DNA of 64,000 nucleotides, from assembly GCA_028534125.1 (NCBI GenBank), contig CM052818.1, forward strand, positions 4,218,001-4,282,000. Direction: 5' to 3'. A program made the position numbers and the translations under genes. A model generated the notes under the pieces. It did no database searches and was not told the origin of the DNA. It saw only the letters and a list, made by a program, of their open reading frames with translations. Each line of letters starts with the position of its first letter. Position 1 is the first letter of the stretch. The DNA comes from Lama glama. Lineage: Eukaryota. This document shows positions 1 to 13,074 of this stretch, piece after piece.

Positions 1-405
1 AATGGCATTATTTTATTATTTTTTGTGGCTGAGTAGTATTCCATTGTATAAGTATACCACAGCTTCTTTATCCAGTCATCTGTCGATGGACATTTAAATT
101 GTTTCCATGTCTTGGCTACCGTAAATAGTGCTGCTGTGAACACTGGGGTGCAGGTGTCTCTTTGAATTAAGGATCCCTCTAGATATATGCCCAAGAGTGA
201 GATGGCTGGATCATATGGTAAGTTTATTTTTAGACTTTTGAGAAAACTCCATACTGTTTTCCACAATGGCTGCACCAAACTGCATTCCCATCAACAGCAT
301 AGGAGGGTTCCCTTTTCTCCACACCATCTCCAGCATTTATCATTTGTGGACTTTTGAGTGATGGCCATTTTGACTGGTGTGAGGTGATCCCTCACTGTAG
401 TTTTG
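1..405 (-). mobile_element. LINE-1 fragment (ORF2 C-terminus/3' UTR), truncated by window edge
   Basis: Typical antisense L1 3' motifs: ggctgagtagtattccattg, gatggacattta, gctggatcatatggta, tgactggtgtgaggtga. Confidence 0.9.
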
Positions 406-1707
406 TGGAAAGATCTACTGTGCAGCCCCAGCTGAGGCCACAGCATTGAACCCAAACGGCACCCTTAAAGACTCAGGGCTCTATCAAAGAAATGCATTTG
501 CAAACACTCAAGAATTTACATTTCTCTGCACATTAGCTCTTTCCACACTCTCTTCTCTTAGATCCAATCAATCAGCCACAGCTGCCTCATGAGAAGTTAC
601 ACTTTTTTTTCCTTTCAAGCTGTCTTGTGTGTGATGGGACCATCATCACCAATCTATTCTTCTCAGTCAGTCCCAGGATCATTCCACACACGCCCCTCAG
701 TGGGCATCCTCTACTCAAAGGACCATGCATCAGCTCTGAAGAGGGCAGGTGGAGTCTCCCTAGGGCTCTCCCATTGGATGCCTCCTGCAGCTGCTTTATA
801 AACAGCAGTCGGAGACGGCAGCACCCCTGGAAGGTACCTATGGTCATCACCATGCTGGGACCCTGGTGCATCTCACTCTAGACCCATTTTCAGAGACACA
901 TGCACCAAGAGCCACTGAGCCCACCTCCGCCAATGCAAGTGCACTTGGCTCCCGATCTAACAAAAGTACAGAGCCTTAGTCAACCTTGCCTAGCGTCTGC
1001 AGGGAGAACTTTGTCCATGAGCGAGCAGAAGACAAGATTTTGACTTCCCGTCACCTCTCAGGTTGGTCCTCACCCTGCTCCTGTTTCAGATGATGTCAGT
1101 CCCTGTTCCCACAGGTAGCCAGGGGGCAGCTCAGGGTGTACAAAGGCTTCAGCCACAGCAAATAGCCTTATACCTTTGAGCCAGAACCCAGGCTGGTCCG
1201 GATTAGCACCTTGGAAGTTTGGCAATGAATTGTAAAGAAAGTGTTCACCAGAGCTGAACGGCACAAACACAGATCTGCGTGGTCTGGGAGTCCCCAACTG
1301 GGGAGCCAGCGTTTCCAGGTTCAGAGTCAGCAAGAAATACGCTTCGGCAGGCTGGCCTGGTCATGTGCGGCTGTGTAGCTCTTCCAAGAAAACCCTGCGT
1401 CCCGAATCTAGAGGTCCCAAAAGTCTGCAGATGACTACCCGTGGGTCCCGGCTTGTTCCAGCCTCTGCAGCTGGAAGGAGGGCTTTTGCAAGTTGACTGC
1501 CAGTCACCAAAGAGGACGTGCCGCCTGTGAGACCTGTGCCAGCATGCCTGGCCAAGCACTCTGGAAGTGGTTTTAGCCATGAGTGTCCTTAATAGCATAG
1601 CTAATACCTGTTCACTGTAGCAACTCTGGGAAATACTTATAAAGTAATAATACAAACGTGTGTGGGTGTATCTCACCCATAAATCCTTCTCCCGTTGTTA
1701 ACTACTG

Positions 1708-2009
1708 CATTTGGCCCTTGCATAACACAGGTTTGAACTGCACAGGTCTACTTATTATGTAGGGTTTGGTTTTTTTGAGAAATATAGTACCTGTATTTTC
1801 ATGGTACAGATGTGTAAATTAACTAGGCGTGGGGGAAAGTTTGTGTTCAACTGGGGATTCTTTTGCTATTTCAACATCCTGCCCTTGGGTGAGTCATTTA
1901 ACAATTCCTTTGTTTTGGAGGCGGAGAGAGAGTCATGCTCAGATTTCCAGCTGCACAGACTGGGGAGGGCGGAGGGGCCCTGGCCCCCACGCCGTTCAAG
2001 GATCACCTG
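1708..2009. mobile_element. TcMar-Tigger non-autonomous DNA transposon (Tigger2/MER8-like)
   Basis: Degenerate terminal inverted repeats catttggcccttgcataac ... gttcaaggatcacctg, followed by TA; internal ggtttgaactgcacaggtctacttat. Confidence 0.75.
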
Positions 2010-2389
2010 TATGAACAAACCGTGGTGCCTCCTTCCAATTTCTGAGGGTTTATTTACATATGCATTTCTTCGTTCACTTTACTTCGTTCACTTTACAATA
2101 ATACAACAAACTCTCATGGACCCACAACTAAGGTTGTTGGTCAGAACCTTTGGCGCTTCCCAAATGCATTTCTCTTGCTTTCCCCTCCAGATGTCACAAC
2201 TGCCTTGGATTTTATATTCGTCAGCTCCTTGCTTTGCTTTACAGTTTGGCCACATACAAACACAATTTTCACCCTTAGTATAAGTGAAGCCCATTCTGCT
2301 CTTCATGGACTTCCCTTTTCTGGCCAATAGTCAGTTTTCTCTATTCAATCTCATTTGAATGGGTAACTAAAATTAAGTACTTCTCGCTT

Positions 2390-2920
2390 CTTGAGTAGCA
2401 TTTTGTTTTACGAAGATACCAGTTCATTTTTCCATTCTATTAGGGATGGACATTTGGGTTATTTCAGGCAACCCTGCTATGGAACTTGTGTACATCTGTT
2501 CTGGTTCATACACACAATAGCTTCTCCGCCGGACAGTTTCCAGACCAAAACGGCTGCTTCGAAAGATTTATGCCAACTGAGCAATGCCAAACTGTTTTCC
2601 AAAATGGGTATATTCTTCATGGCTGGGAGTTCCTATTTCTCCATGTCCTAGACAACACTTGGTATTGTCAGAGTTTTGGGGTTTTTTTTTTTTTCAGTTT
2701 AGCTAATTTTGCTTTTGCTTTACATTTCCTGATTATTGTGATTAAGCGTATTTCCATCTGTTTATTGGCAGTGTTATTTCTAACCTGTAAAATGCCTATT
2801 CGTGTTGTTTGTTCATTTTTTAATCATGTTTATGGGTTTATAGGACTTTTTTATAGATCCAGTTCTCTCTCTCTATGTATCTATGCAACTAAGTATCTAA
2901 AACTATGCTTTCAAATCTGA
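2390..2920 (-). mobile_element. Ancient L1 (L1M/L1ME-like) 3' fragments
   Basis: Degenerate gatggacatttgggttatttc, atgccaaactgttttccaaaatgg, tacatttcctgattatt motifs. Confidence 0.55.
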
Positions 2921-4147
2921 CTTCTTTTAATAAGAATAATAATCTACATTGCATAAAGCCTTATAGTTTTATAAATTGGACCAATTGCAAGGGTCTTAAG
3001 TCACAAATATTTTTATCTCACTTACTCTGATTTTATAAAGGACAAAACTATACCCCATATCAGACAAATAATGATTTATCACGTGGAAAAGAAACTCTCC
3101 ACCATTGTCGTTATTCACTTTACTACTTGGGAGATTAGAATGATGAATTTTGCTTCTGGATAATTTTTTTTCATCATTACATTTCAGAGGGGGAAAAAAA
3201 GTTGAAAACAACCCCCCCTCCACAGTCACTTTTTAAACGAATCTCAGAGTCATATGCTCTCTAGGGCGCATTTTCCCCTCGTTTGGCTTAGGAGAACTGA
3301 GAAAAACATAAGCTGTGCCTGCGGCTGGATGCAGTATGGGTAAGTCCTGAAATTCACTCAGCATCTTTTAACTAAGCTCACGCTGACCACCGGGCAGAAG
3401 GGGCTTTCCCAGGATGGTCCATATCCTCTCCGTAGAGCACCTGTGTGCCGGGCACTAGACCCCGACAGTAAACGAGAAAGGCCACTGCATCCTAGCACCT
3501 GCCCTCCAGGACTTGCAGTTCAGTTAGAAAGACAAATACGTGGAAGAGTGAAAGATGTGAGCAACGCTGCTTGAAAGCAATGGGAGGCTGCCACGATTTT
3601 AACTGTTGGACTGAAACTGTAGATGATGGAGGATCAAAGGAAGAAATGTGTGCTCTGCTCTTGGCTCCACCTGAAGGTAAGCCGGTTTGCTCTGCATTTC
3701 CCTTTCCCCAAAACTCTGTTCCCACCAGGCCCCCTGCGTCAGATGCAGGGTGGCCTGGGTCATGCTCTCCCATCACTTCCAGACGCATGGTATGGTCTCG
3801 GTCGGCCCACCGTCCACTGGGGCCCTCCCCAGCTCTCTGCAGTGGATGAACAGAGGAGAGGTGCCCACCCTCTCTCAGAGACTTCCACTTTCACTCCGGC
3901 TCAGCACTCACAAGATTTAGAGGGAACTGGAAATGTCACTCACCAGAAAAAACACTGGGGCCCCTTCCTGGACCACATCATGGGTCAGTGTCTTCCTATT
4001 TCTCTAAGCAAGGGCTGCCCACCCCCTGAAGTTGCATCTTAATAAGAGCCTCCTGAAAATCGATCTAGGCAATCAGTCATGAGGAAATACTTGGGTTCCA
4101 GTCCCAAGTGATCTTGTCATTCACACCCTTTCCGTGATGACCTACTC

Positions 4148-4364
4148 TAGTGGTTCTCAACTAGGAAAGATGTCTCTTCCCAGACATTCGGTAACGTCTA
4201 GAGATGTTTTTGGTTATCACAACTGGTGTTGGGAGGTGGGGTACTACCATCACCTAGTGGACGGAGGCTGAAGATGCTGCTAACATCCTGTAATGCACAG
4301 GGGGCCCCATCACTAAGGATTAACCGGCCCAGAATATCCATAGCGTCCAGGCTGAGAAACCCGG
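4148..4364 (+). mobile_element. MER20 (hAT-Charlie), full length, with 8-bp TSD
   Basis: Matches recalled MER20 consensus end to end (tagtggttctcaac...gatgctgctaacatcct...gctgagaaacccgg); TSD acctactc at 4140-4147 and 4365-4372. Confidence 0.9.
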
Positions 4365-4869
4365 ACCTACTCCTCATGAGCCCAGGCTGGAAGAACCACA
4401 GGGCATTGATTCCCTGACAGGACTCCTAGGCCTGTACATCTTCTTCCTAGATGTGAGCTTCTTTGGTTATTGTTCAGCCAGTTCCTACAGCCATACCTGG
4501 AGGCAGGTTGCCGGAGAGGGGACCAGAGGTCCCATGGCTGTAGCAGTCACAATCTGCCCTCAGAGGACTCGGCTTGTGATCTGAATTTAACATGACACTC
4601 ATGAAAGGTGTTCTGTCTGCAGACCAGCCTCTTGGGGTGACAAACTTGTCAATGATGTGGGTAACAACGAGGGTTCCTCTACATTTTATTATGTGATTAT
4701 GAGTTTTTCATGAAATAATGCTAAATAATATCATCTACTTGTAGTCAGTCATTCATTCAGGCAACACATATCTGTGGTGTGCCCATGAGGACCGAGCACC
4801 ATGCTCTATGCTGGATGAATGGTAAGCAGCTCTCCGAGTCTGCTAACTTAGACCGCAGTCCCTATAGCG

Positions 4870-5049
4870 CGACTTCCTCACCAGGTGGGTGGAGGGCTGG
4901 GGGCTTATGAAACTGCAGGTGCCGGGGTCTCCCTCCGGAGAGTCTGACTTCACAAGCCAGGGTGATGCCCAGAAATCTGCATTTTTAACAAGCACTTGAG
5001 GTGACTCTGAGACAAGCTAACCATGGGATCATGGTTTGAGAAACGCTGG
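4870..5049. mobile_element. MER5A-like hAT-Charlie element
   Basis: cccagaaatctgcatttttaacaagcac...gtgactctga...tttgagaaacgctg. Confidence 0.7.
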
Positions 5050-6500
5050 CAGAAACCATGAAATCGATCCCAGGCCTGAGAATATGAAGGCCGGCGCTCG
5101 CATGTGGTAATGTCCTATATCCCTGAAAAAAAGTCATTTGACCATTTCATCAATTAAGCATTTTGCCATTAATTGTCTCAGGTTTCCCTTTTGTAAACCG
5201 AAGGAGGGTAAGAGCTATTCAAACAGATGATGAGAGGGTAGAATGACCCCACATGAACAGAAGCAAGACACTTTCAGAGGAACAGAACGACAGAAGTTTT
5301 ACTTGTGAAAACAAATTTGTATGACATACAACGGAATGAGCATTAGCCACGTACGCCGGTATCAACAGTAGCTCGGACGAAAATCTCTGCTTATGTAAGA
5401 GGTATCAACACTCCATACCCTCTGAACCGACCTCAGCCTGCGATGATTTCCGACTTGATTCGGGACCGCTAATCCTCCCCTGGTTACCAAGATAAATGGC
5501 TTCTCTGATTACTCTCAGTTCTGTTTCAAATCCTTTCTCAGACCTACATCATTGATACTCAGTTATTCGACTTTGCAATGGACCCCTTAGTTTAGTAGCA
5601 CAGTAACCACTGTCAGAAGCCCAAGTCTAAACCTTGTTCCAAGCAAAACTTTCCCAAGTCATTAGAAACACCTTCACACTTCCCTTCCCTATGTCGAATA
5701 TCAAGGAAGTTACCTCACTATTACAGGTATAATCATTTTCAGCCCAACAGCTCAACTATTACTGTGATCAATTGAAAAGAAACTCTGAGCAACAACTATA
5801 AAACAGATTAAAATCAGTGTATCAGCATCATCATTCGTGAGAAAAGGAATGGGTAAAAGGCCAGAATATCTCAGAAAACATGCCAGAGTCCCTTAAGATA
5901 TTTAACCTAAAATGCATCTCTCTTTTTTTTTAAACTCGTCTGAGAATTCCCTTCCATTCTGTTCCTGATGAAAAGTATCTTCATTATATCTTCAAATGTC
6001 TCTATGATCCTGTCTTGTCCACATTATTTACTTTTTGCTATAAGTAACATCCTTTCAGCCCTGAGTCCACAAATAGGGTCTGGAGACCCAGTGGGCTCAC
6101 AAGACAGAACACCTTGCATTCACTTACAGATCAAGCACTTCCAAAGACTACGGTCGGCGCTCCTATCAAAACCACTCAAAAATGTGGATAAGTGTCCAAA
6201 GACTCGTTCCGTGATAAACAGAGAAAAACTCACAGTGCTTCATGTGATCTGTGGCTTTAGTCCATCCGAAGTACCCTGGATACCACACAGCAGGGAGCTC
6301 CATTCTGTGCCACCTCCCAGTAAAAGAGAGCCCCTCCCCCGGCGTTTGGGAACTTTGAACCAACATGTCAATTTGAATGCAAATTCGACCCCAAACCCAG
6401 CTTGGCCCCAGAGATCCATTTTTAAGTCGCAGAGCAACATGCAAATGGTGGGGACTCACGTAGAAGAACCACAAAGGCAACAGAAAGACATTGACCTTAC

Positions 6501-6561
6501 CTATTTTGCTGGCCTCGCCCCGCAGGTTGAAATCCCAGTTTCTTGGCAGCTTCAGGGACAT
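6501..6561 (-). CDS. ARHGAP25: Rho GTPase-activating protein 25, first coding exon (MSLKLPRNWDFNLRGEASKI + 1 nt, phase 1); rest of gene lies left of the window
   Basis: Translation matches the recalled human N-terminus MSLKLPRNWDFNLKVEAAKIA; strong donor TAG|GTAAGG at 6501/6500; synteny with PROKR1 in the same orientation. Confidence 0.95.
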
Positions 6562-7110
6562 TTTGCTTCTGGTTCCGGTGAGTTAGCTACAGGAGCGAGG
6601 AGTCGGTCACAGTTCGCGCCCTTCTTGGTCTTTTGATCTCCTCGCCTCCCGAGCTTGTGTGTGTGTATGTGTGTGTGTGTGTGTGTGTTTTCCCCTTTCT
6701 GATTGCTTCACAAGCAATCTTGGGTTTGAGCTTGATCTGCTGGCGTATCTTCTCCTTTCTCGCAGATGAAAGGTCCATCCATCTGTCACTGGGGATCGCG
6801 CCCAAATCCTCCCACGGTCCCCTGGGGGGCTGGCGCCTCTTGAACCGTGCCCCCTGCTTTTCTTGCTTTCAGTCTTACCAGAAATATCCCAGCTGACACT
6901 TCGTTCTGCGTCATGGGAAGCAGAGCTCCTGTTCGAGAGAATCTCAGGCCTCACTGAGGTGAGGTCGTGATAAACAACGACTGCCTCTTGGCTTTTTTTT
7001 TTTAACTGTCTGCTTCCTTGCATTTGAGGAAGTGGGTGGCTATTCAGTGCAGATGAGACATTATGAGCTCTTTCTTGAGAAAATGCTTTTTTGGAAGTGC
7101 TTGTATAGGA
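6562..7110 (-). promoter_or_regulatory. ARHGAP25: ARHGAP25 5' UTR and proximal promoter with ETS/PU.1-type sites
   Basis: Locally retained CpGs; GAGGAAGTG at 7026-7034, GGAAGTG at 7093-7099, CTTCCT at ~7013; fits a haematopoietic gene; transcription start not determinable from sequence. Confidence 0.65.
6656..6688. repeat. (TG)n/(CA)n microsatellite in the ARHGAP25 5' leader
   Basis: About 16 TG units with one TA interruption. Confidence 0.95.
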
Positions 7111-7439
7111 GAGTGGGTGCTCTTGTGATATAAGCCTATAGCTTTGAATAAAAGAGAAAAGAAAATTCCAAGGCTTCGGCCATACACCTCTAATCTCCCT
7201 TCTCGCTGAATGGATCAGGCTTCCAAAAATGGTCAGTCAAACAGCATCCCTCAAAGTTGTCTTCTTTTAATTCTTCCTGCTCTAAGGCTCACATGGTAAG
7301 TTGTGCACCTGCTCAGGATAACGGCTCCACGTGATCTCAGCCTGACGTCAGGAGGATTCTGATGTCCTGAGCTAGTAAGGCAGCTTTCACTGCGTAGAGC
7401 CACTCACGTGTTATGATGGTTCTCTGGCCTTGTGAACAG

Positions 7440-7625
7440 GACGTGGGCTTGGAGCCAAAACTCAATTCTTCCATTTCGTAGCTCTGCAGCTGTTAACGAG
7501 CAACTGAACTCTCTAGGCCTCAGTCTCCTCGGCAGTGAAATGGGTGGATAATAGCCATGATTGCAGAGTTGTGAAGGCATCCAATACAGAGCTTGGCACC
7601 TAGTGGTTGTACCACAAACATTCAT
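7440..7625 (+). mobile_element. MIR SINE
   Basis: Core ctctctaggcctcagtctcctcggcagtgaaatgggtggataatag. Confidence 0.7.
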
Positions 7626-7756
7626 TCAACCCTTATTCCATTTAGTTCGGCTCTGTGACAGGCTTCCGTATGTTCCGCTGGCCTCAGGGCCAGCCTGCCT
7701 GTGTTCAAACCCTGGCCCTACCACCTTTTCGCTGCGTGACTTTGGACAAGTTTCTT

Positions 7757-8490
7757 TTTTAAAATTTTTTAAAAATTGAAGCGTAGTTGATTTGCAATGT
7801 TAGTTTCAGGTGTATATCAAAACAATTCAGTCACACATATACCTACGTATATATTTTTTCTTTTCAGATTCTTTTCCATTATAGGTTATTACAAGATGAT
7901 GAATTCCCTGTGTTTTACAGTAGGTCCATGCTATTTATCTATTTTATATACAGTAGTGTGTATCTGTTAATCCCCAACTCCTAATTTATTCCTCCCCGGC
8001 CCTTCCCCCTTTGGTAACCATAGCTTATTTTTCATGTCCGTGTATCTGGTTTGGGTTTGTAAATATAATTTGAATCATTTTTTTAGATTCCACATATAAG
8101 TGATATCATATGATATTTGTCTTTCTCTGTCTAACTTACTTCACTTAGTATGATGATCTCCAGGTCCATCCATGTTGCTGCAAAGGACATTATTTCATTC
8201 TTTTCTGTGGCTGAGTAATATTTTGTTGGGTATATATACCGCATCTTTCTCCAGTCATCTGTCAATGGATTTTAGGTTGTTTCCATGTCTTGGCTATTGT
8301 AAATAGTGCTGCTATGAACATGGGGTTGCATGTGTCTTTCTCAAATGGTTGTTTTCTCCAGGCATGTGCCCAGGAGTAGGATTTCTGGATCAGATGGTAA
8401 GTCTATTTTTAGTTTTCTAAGGAACCTCCATACTGTCCTCCATAGTGGCTGCCTCAATTTACATTCCTACCAACAGTGTAGGAGGATGCT
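7757..8490 (-). mobile_element. L1 3' end inserted into a MIR (MIR halves ~7690-7746 and ~8501-8600)
   Basis: Poly-T then L1 3' UTR; TSD caagtttctt at 7747-7756 and 8491-8500; MIR sequence resumes across the insertion. Confidence 0.88.
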
Positions 8491-8689
8491 CAAGTTTCTT
8501 GACTGCCCTGTGTTTTAATATCCTGATCCATAAATGAGGCAAATAATAGGCCCTACTTTAGAGGGCTGTCATGAGGCTTAATAAAGAGTGTAAGTAATGA
8601 GGCTATAAGGTAATGAGGCCAGTAAGAGAGTCGGTAAGAGTGCTCACAAGAGTCACTGCTGGCTGGCATACAAGCTGCCCATCCTTGGT

Positions 8690-9590
8690 CCATTCACCTT
8701 TCAACTCTCCTGGATGACTCTGTCATACTTTCTTCTTTGCCTCCCATGTGCTCACTCTGTTGATGACCTGGCTTCCTGTTTCATTGAGAAAGTCGATGCA
8801 ACTGCAGGAGAATGTCTGCAAGCTCCCACCGCTGCCTCTGCTCACCTCCGCACATGTAACACACAACCTTCTCCCAGTTACAGTGAATGAACCATGTCAT
8901 CACTCCTCCATCTTTACTGCAGCCTCCGTGTCTTCCCTCTCCTGGATCATTCCCACAAGAACTCAGACTTACTATTTTTTATCCCATAATTTAAAAAAAA
9001 AAATCTCTCTTGATGCCACTTCCTCCTTTGGCTACAGCTCCATCTCTCTCTTTCATTTTTCTGAGCCAAGCTTTCATAAGAATTACCTACACTTGCAAAT
9101 GCCCATCCTGTAATTCTCTCCCAAGTCTCTTCTGTTGATGTTTTTGCTGCCATGACCCCACTGAATATATTCTTATCGAGGACATTGACAGCATTCTTGT
9201 CACGAAACGCACTGGTTAATTATGCATCTCCTCTAACGTTGGACACATTTGATTACTTTCTCCAACTTCAAACCCTGTCTCCTCTTGGCTCTCAGGACCC
9301 CCTCACTGGCCTGATTGTTTACCTGCCTTCCTGTCCCATCTCCATTTCCTCGCTGATTCTGTGTCTCCCTGACCTCTAAACACTGGAGGAAACCGGGACT
9401 CGCTCAGTGGACCTCTTTTCCATCGATACCCACACCTTGGTGAGCTCAGCTGTCTCAAGGCTTTCAATGCCATGCATCTGCCGATCCCTCCAGTGGAGAT
9501 TTCTAGCCCAGACTGTCCCCTGAACCCCAAGTCATACACATCTCTGCTTATATAACAAATAGCCACCTCAAACTAAATACGGCCAAAACT
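8690..9590 (+). mobile_element. LINE-2 fragments
   Basis: gatgacctggcttcctgtttcattgagaaa, ttggacacatttgattactttctcc, ctagcccagactgtcccctgaacccca. Confidence 0.65.
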
Positions 9591-9599
9591 TATAATCAG

Positions 9600-9790
9600 A
9601 GGACCAGGCTGTGGGAGCAGTGGTGCCCTGGGGCATATTCTTCTCATTGTGAGCAAGAAGGGCATTAGAGAGAAGAACCACACAAGTATATTTAAAGCCT
9701 CTGCTCTTATTTTATCCGCTCCCACTCCAGTGGCCAACACATACCACGTGACCACGTCCAAAGTCAGCGAGACAGGAAGTACACACAACC
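9600..9790. mobile_element. MLT1-family (MaLR) LTR fragment
   Basis: tttaaagcctctgctc...ccagtggccaacacataccacgtgaccacgtccaaagtca...caggaagt. Confidence 0.55.
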
Positions 9791-9799
9791 CTGAGGGGG

Positions 9800-10060
9800 A
9801 GGGGGAAGGGAGAAGGGAGTGAATGTTTGCTGAGCAAGACAGATACTAACTACTATATAAAAAAATAGATGAACAACCGGGTCCCACTGTATAGCACAGG
9901 GAACTATATTCAATATCTTGTAATGAAAAGGAATAGGGAAAGGATATATATATACACACACACACATATGTATGAGTCACTATGCTGTACACCAGAAATT
10001 AACACAACACTGTAAACTGACCATGCTTTAAGAGAAAAAAGAAAATTATAAAATAAAAAC
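9800..10060 (+). mobile_element. L1 3' end
   Basis: ctgtatagcacagggaactatattcaatatcttgtaat...acacaacactgtaaactga plus A-rich tail. Confidence 0.85.
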
Positions 10061-12229
10061 CTGATTCATCATAGGCTCAAAAAAAAAAAAAAGACTCCAG
10101 CCCATCACACCAACCCAATTTGCCTGGCCATCCTCCAACTTCCCCAAGGGGTGCTGGATTCTTCTGAACTTGACTCAGCCAATTGAAGACTTTGGAGCCC
10201 CCATTCTGCATTTCTGCCTGCCCAACCCAAACGGACAACTCTTTTTTCTCTCCTGACTTGGGGGCAAGGGGTGGGTAGCCATCTCGGGCCCCAACCCAGC
10301 AGCATCTCTTGACATTATCCAAAGTTTCAGTTCTGGGACCTTTACTCAAGAACTCTGAAAAGATCTTGAAGGTAGCCTTTATCAACATACAGAGAACTTC
10401 CTTTACTCTTTAGAGTAGGTTCCTGTAAGTCTTGGAAAAACTCATGACTGATGGGGAAGTTGCTTGTGAATACTTGGAAAGGCAGTCAGAAGAAAAGCAC
10501 CCCTGGAAAGGCCCAGCACAGCTGCCTTCCCCCCGAAGAGCTGCTCGGGGGCAGCCAGCAGCTTGGGAAGGGGCAGCGTCACTGCAGGGCTGCTCCCCTC
10601 TTCCTGAGCTTCAGAAATTGAAGAACTGGATGTCTGCTCTGGTTCCAGAGTTTGAATCAGCATCTTCCATGGCAAAAGGAAAAGCAAAAATTCACTTGTC
10701 TATTTGCTTATTGAATGCTAACCGTTTATGGAGTAAGGACTTAATTTTTTTACTGGACATTGGAGGGAGGTTCCTGAACAAGCTGACTTTGTTTCCATCC
10801 CCATTCAACTTACAGGCTGTTGAAACAGCACAGTTAAGTAACCGATCAAATATGACACAAGAAGGGGGCTGCTGGGAGAAGTTTGGGGAGCTATGGGACT
10901 TTATATCGGAGGGGACTAACTGGGACGTGGAGGGGGCTGACGGAAGGCTTCCTGGAGGAAGTGTCTCTTAAATTAAGCCTTCATGAGTGAATTAAGGAAG
11001 GAAAAGGATTGGAAAAACTTTCCAGATGAAACAAGCAACCTGCAAGAGGCACAGAGCCACGAAAGAACTCACCAGGTTGCTCCTGAAAAAGATGTTGTGG
11101 GAGGGTATGGAGGAGAGGTAAAGCTGGAGAGAGAGATGAGGGCTGGATCAGGGCTGGGTCCCTGGGAAGCCTTGGTAAAGCATTTTGACTTTACCCTGGA
11201 GGAATCAGAAGCCATTGAGGGGTTTTTCTTGGGCTTGGGATGAGGCTGTGACAGGCATCCAGGTAAGAGTAGGGGAGAGGTCAGCCACAGTGCTCCGGGG
11301 AAGGAGGCACACAATGCAAGAACCACTGGCTAGTAGGATTGATGGCCCCAGGGAGCTGTTATGCAAGGAAAAGATACTCTTGGTCCTGGACCTAGTCCTT
11401 GCGGAGGTGGAGGCTCCAATCACAGAGGTGGGGAGGGGACAGAAGGAGTGAGGGTTGTTGATGAGATGGGGAAGTCGAGGTACCCCAGGGAGAAGATGGT
11501 GGGCTCCGTCCCACCTGGGGAGGTTGCATTTAGAAACCTTCGGGGCGCTCAGCGCAAACGTCCTGCAGGTGTGGGAGCCTAGAGCTCACATTCGCTCCTT
11601 CCCTCATTCACTCCATAAACATTTACCCAGGACTGTGCTGGATGGATGCTGAGTAAACAGGATGATTAAGAACTTGGCCTAATCCTCAAATGACTCATGA
11701 GAGAGAAGTGTAAACAGAAGGGCAGTGCTGCTTGAGGCATAAAAATAGTGCACACATGGGGTAGGGTGAGAGCAGGCAGCATGAGCTCTGCTTGGGTGGC
11801 CAGGGACGGCTTCCCAGGAAAGGGGACCCACGAGAGAGAGCCGGCATGTGGAGCAGGAGACAGATGCTCCAGGCAGATGAAACCGCAGATAGCTGCTGAA
11901 AAAAGGAAACCCACTTAGGGATGTACCAGGAATGGTGCACGACTGCAGGGGGTGAGGCTGGAGGAGGAGGAGACGGATGGCCAGAGGGGGCAGGATCGCT
12001 GTGGGGATGGGGGAGGTGGGGAGGGGGTTGGACACCACCCTGAGGTCACAGCCATTGGAGGACCTTTTCCATATTCCTATTATGGTTATTTTTACCATTA
12101 TAGAAGTCTACGCAAGTTTTAAATCAGCATAAAAGAAAATAAAAATCATTGGTGCCATTTAAGATATACTGAGACTTTTTCTCATCCTCAGTTTTCTCTG
12201 TGTGTGTACTGTATGTATATATGTCTTTT

Positions 12230-12490
12230 TAACTTGATTTAAAAAAATTGACAAATACCGTTGTATATATTAAAAGTGTACAACATGATGATTTGATACA
12301 CACATACATCGGAGATGTGTGATTACCAAGATGAAGATTATTAACACATCCATCACGTCACACAGTCAACAAGGTTACTCTTTTTGTGTGTATGTGGTGA
12401 GAATGCTTAAGATCTACTCTCAGCAACTTTCAAATCTATAATATCGTATTATTAGCTATAGTCACCATGCTGTACGTTAGATCCTGTATA
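12230..12490 (-). mobile_element. Old L1 (L1MA/MB-like) 3' end
   Basis: aaagtgtacaacatgatgatttgatac...taagatctactctcagcaac...atagtcaccatgctgtac. Confidence 0.75.
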
Positions 12491-13074
12491 TTTATGTATT
12501 ATATATATTTCTTTAATTAAAAAATTAGTGTGCACGCTGCTTTATAAATTGCTATCATCCACTGACAAAAAAAAAAAAGAACAGTTATCTATCCTTAGCA
12601 TTTTCCCAAAACATCATTATTAATGAATGGCCTCATAGTTTTTAATTATATGGTGAGAGCCAAATTTATTCAACAAATCCCTGTCTCACAGAACAGTTGA
12701 TATGGGCACACATTTTTATAATCTTCTTGTAGCTAAATATCTAGGAAAATCCATTCTCCCACCCTCGCCCTTCACCCCCAGGTGAATTCTCCGAGGTGGA
12801 TGTGCTGTGAGGATGGATAAGAGACTATTAAGACTTGAATGTATTTCCGAACTGTCCCCCTGAAGGTTCTGCCAGTCGATGCTCCCAGTTCCCTCATGGC
12901 CTCGCTAACAGTTAGTATTGTTTTTTTTTAATTACTGCCAATTATTCAAACAAACAAGTTTTTTTTATTAATAGTGAAACTCAAGTTAGTTTTTAATGTG
13001 CTTATTGGCCGTTTGCAGGGGTTGGATGTGTCTGCATGTCTATGTGTCTGAGTGATCTTGCAAACTGGGTTATC

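Noticed and set aside
6166..6500. Continuation of the ARHGAP25 ORF to 131 aa
   Set aside because: Read-through past a strong splice donor; similarity to ARHGAP25 stops at 6501.
5968..6636. 222-aa plus-strand ORF overlapping ARHGAP25 exon 1
   Set aside because: No recognisable homology; antisense to a real exon and intron; length is attainable by chance.
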